DNA of 45,391 nt from Macrostomum lignano (Eukaryota). Both the position numbers and the translations under genes were made by a program. Shown here one piece after another: positions 45,050 to 45,391 of this stretch. Each line of letters begins with the position of its first letter. Position 1 is the stretch's first letter. The notes under the pieces are model-generated. The model was not told the DNA's origin and did no database searches. It saw nothing but the letters and a program-made list of their open reading frames with translations. The stretch lies in the NCBI GenBank assembly GCA_002269645.1, contig NIVC01002261.1, forward strand, positions 1-45,391. Reading direction: 5' to 3'.

Positions 45050-45391
45050 GTCCGGGTTTGTGAATGTCCGGGTTTGTGAATGTCCGGGTTGTGAATGTCC
45101 GGGTATTTAAATTTCCGGGTTTGTGAATGTTCGGTTTTGTGAATGTCCGGGTTTGTGAATGTCCGGGTATGATGTCCAGGTTATAATGTCCGGGTTTGTG
45201 AATGTCGGGTTTGTGAATGTCTGGGTTTGTGAATGTCCGGGTTTGTGAATGTTCGGTTTGTGAATGTTCCGGTTTGTGAATGTTCGGGTTTTGTGAATGT
45301 TCGGTTTGTGAATGTTGCGGTTTGTGAATGTCTGGGTTTGTGAATGTCCGGGTTTGTGAATGTCTGGGTTTATGAATGTCTGGGTTTGTGA
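45050..45391. repeat. Degenerate 15-16 bp tandem repeat running off the window end
   Basis: Unit ccgggtttgtgaatgt with indels. Confidence 0.95.

Noticed and set aside
45050-45391. Telomeric repeat
   Set aside because: The unit is 15-16 bp (ccgggtttgtgaatgt), not TTAGGG-like; treated as a minisatellite.

Overview
Eukaryotic (animal) genomic DNA with spliceosomal introns; no prokaryotic features. Gene content, GC-rich exons and satellite-filled introns suggest a Macrostomum-like flatworm, but this is inference. Five genes were reconstructed by hand. (1) 1-14316 (+): 5'-truncated gene, about 27 exons and about 3,900 codons in the window, for a giant Arg/Lys-rich, Cys-rich secreted-type protein. 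Order: SUEL lectin x2, follistatin-N-like knots with long Arg-rich inserts, furin-like repeats, ShKT, VWD-C8-TIL, VWA, 5 cbEGF, VWA, FN2, 3 Cys modules. It resembles flatworm adhesive protein ap1 and has about a dozen single-base frameshifts. (2) about 17156-18638 (-): orphan single-pass membrane protein. (3) 19813-24303 (-): 3-exon DEDD homolog, 458 aa. (4) 24810-30801 (+): 3-exon GPI-anchored Ly6/uPAR protein, 152 aa, head-to-head with DEDD inside a 7-kb AT-rich, CpG-depleted island with MITE-like elements. (5) 35504 to about 43300 (+): TBX2/3 (omb) T-box gene. Most large tandem arrays lie in introns, and their ORFs are spurious. The most novel signal is in gene 1: Arg-rich helices appear inserted between Cys3 and Cys4 of follistatin-N-like knots, and in one duplicated module they form a symmetric stalk with a lectin domain at its tip.
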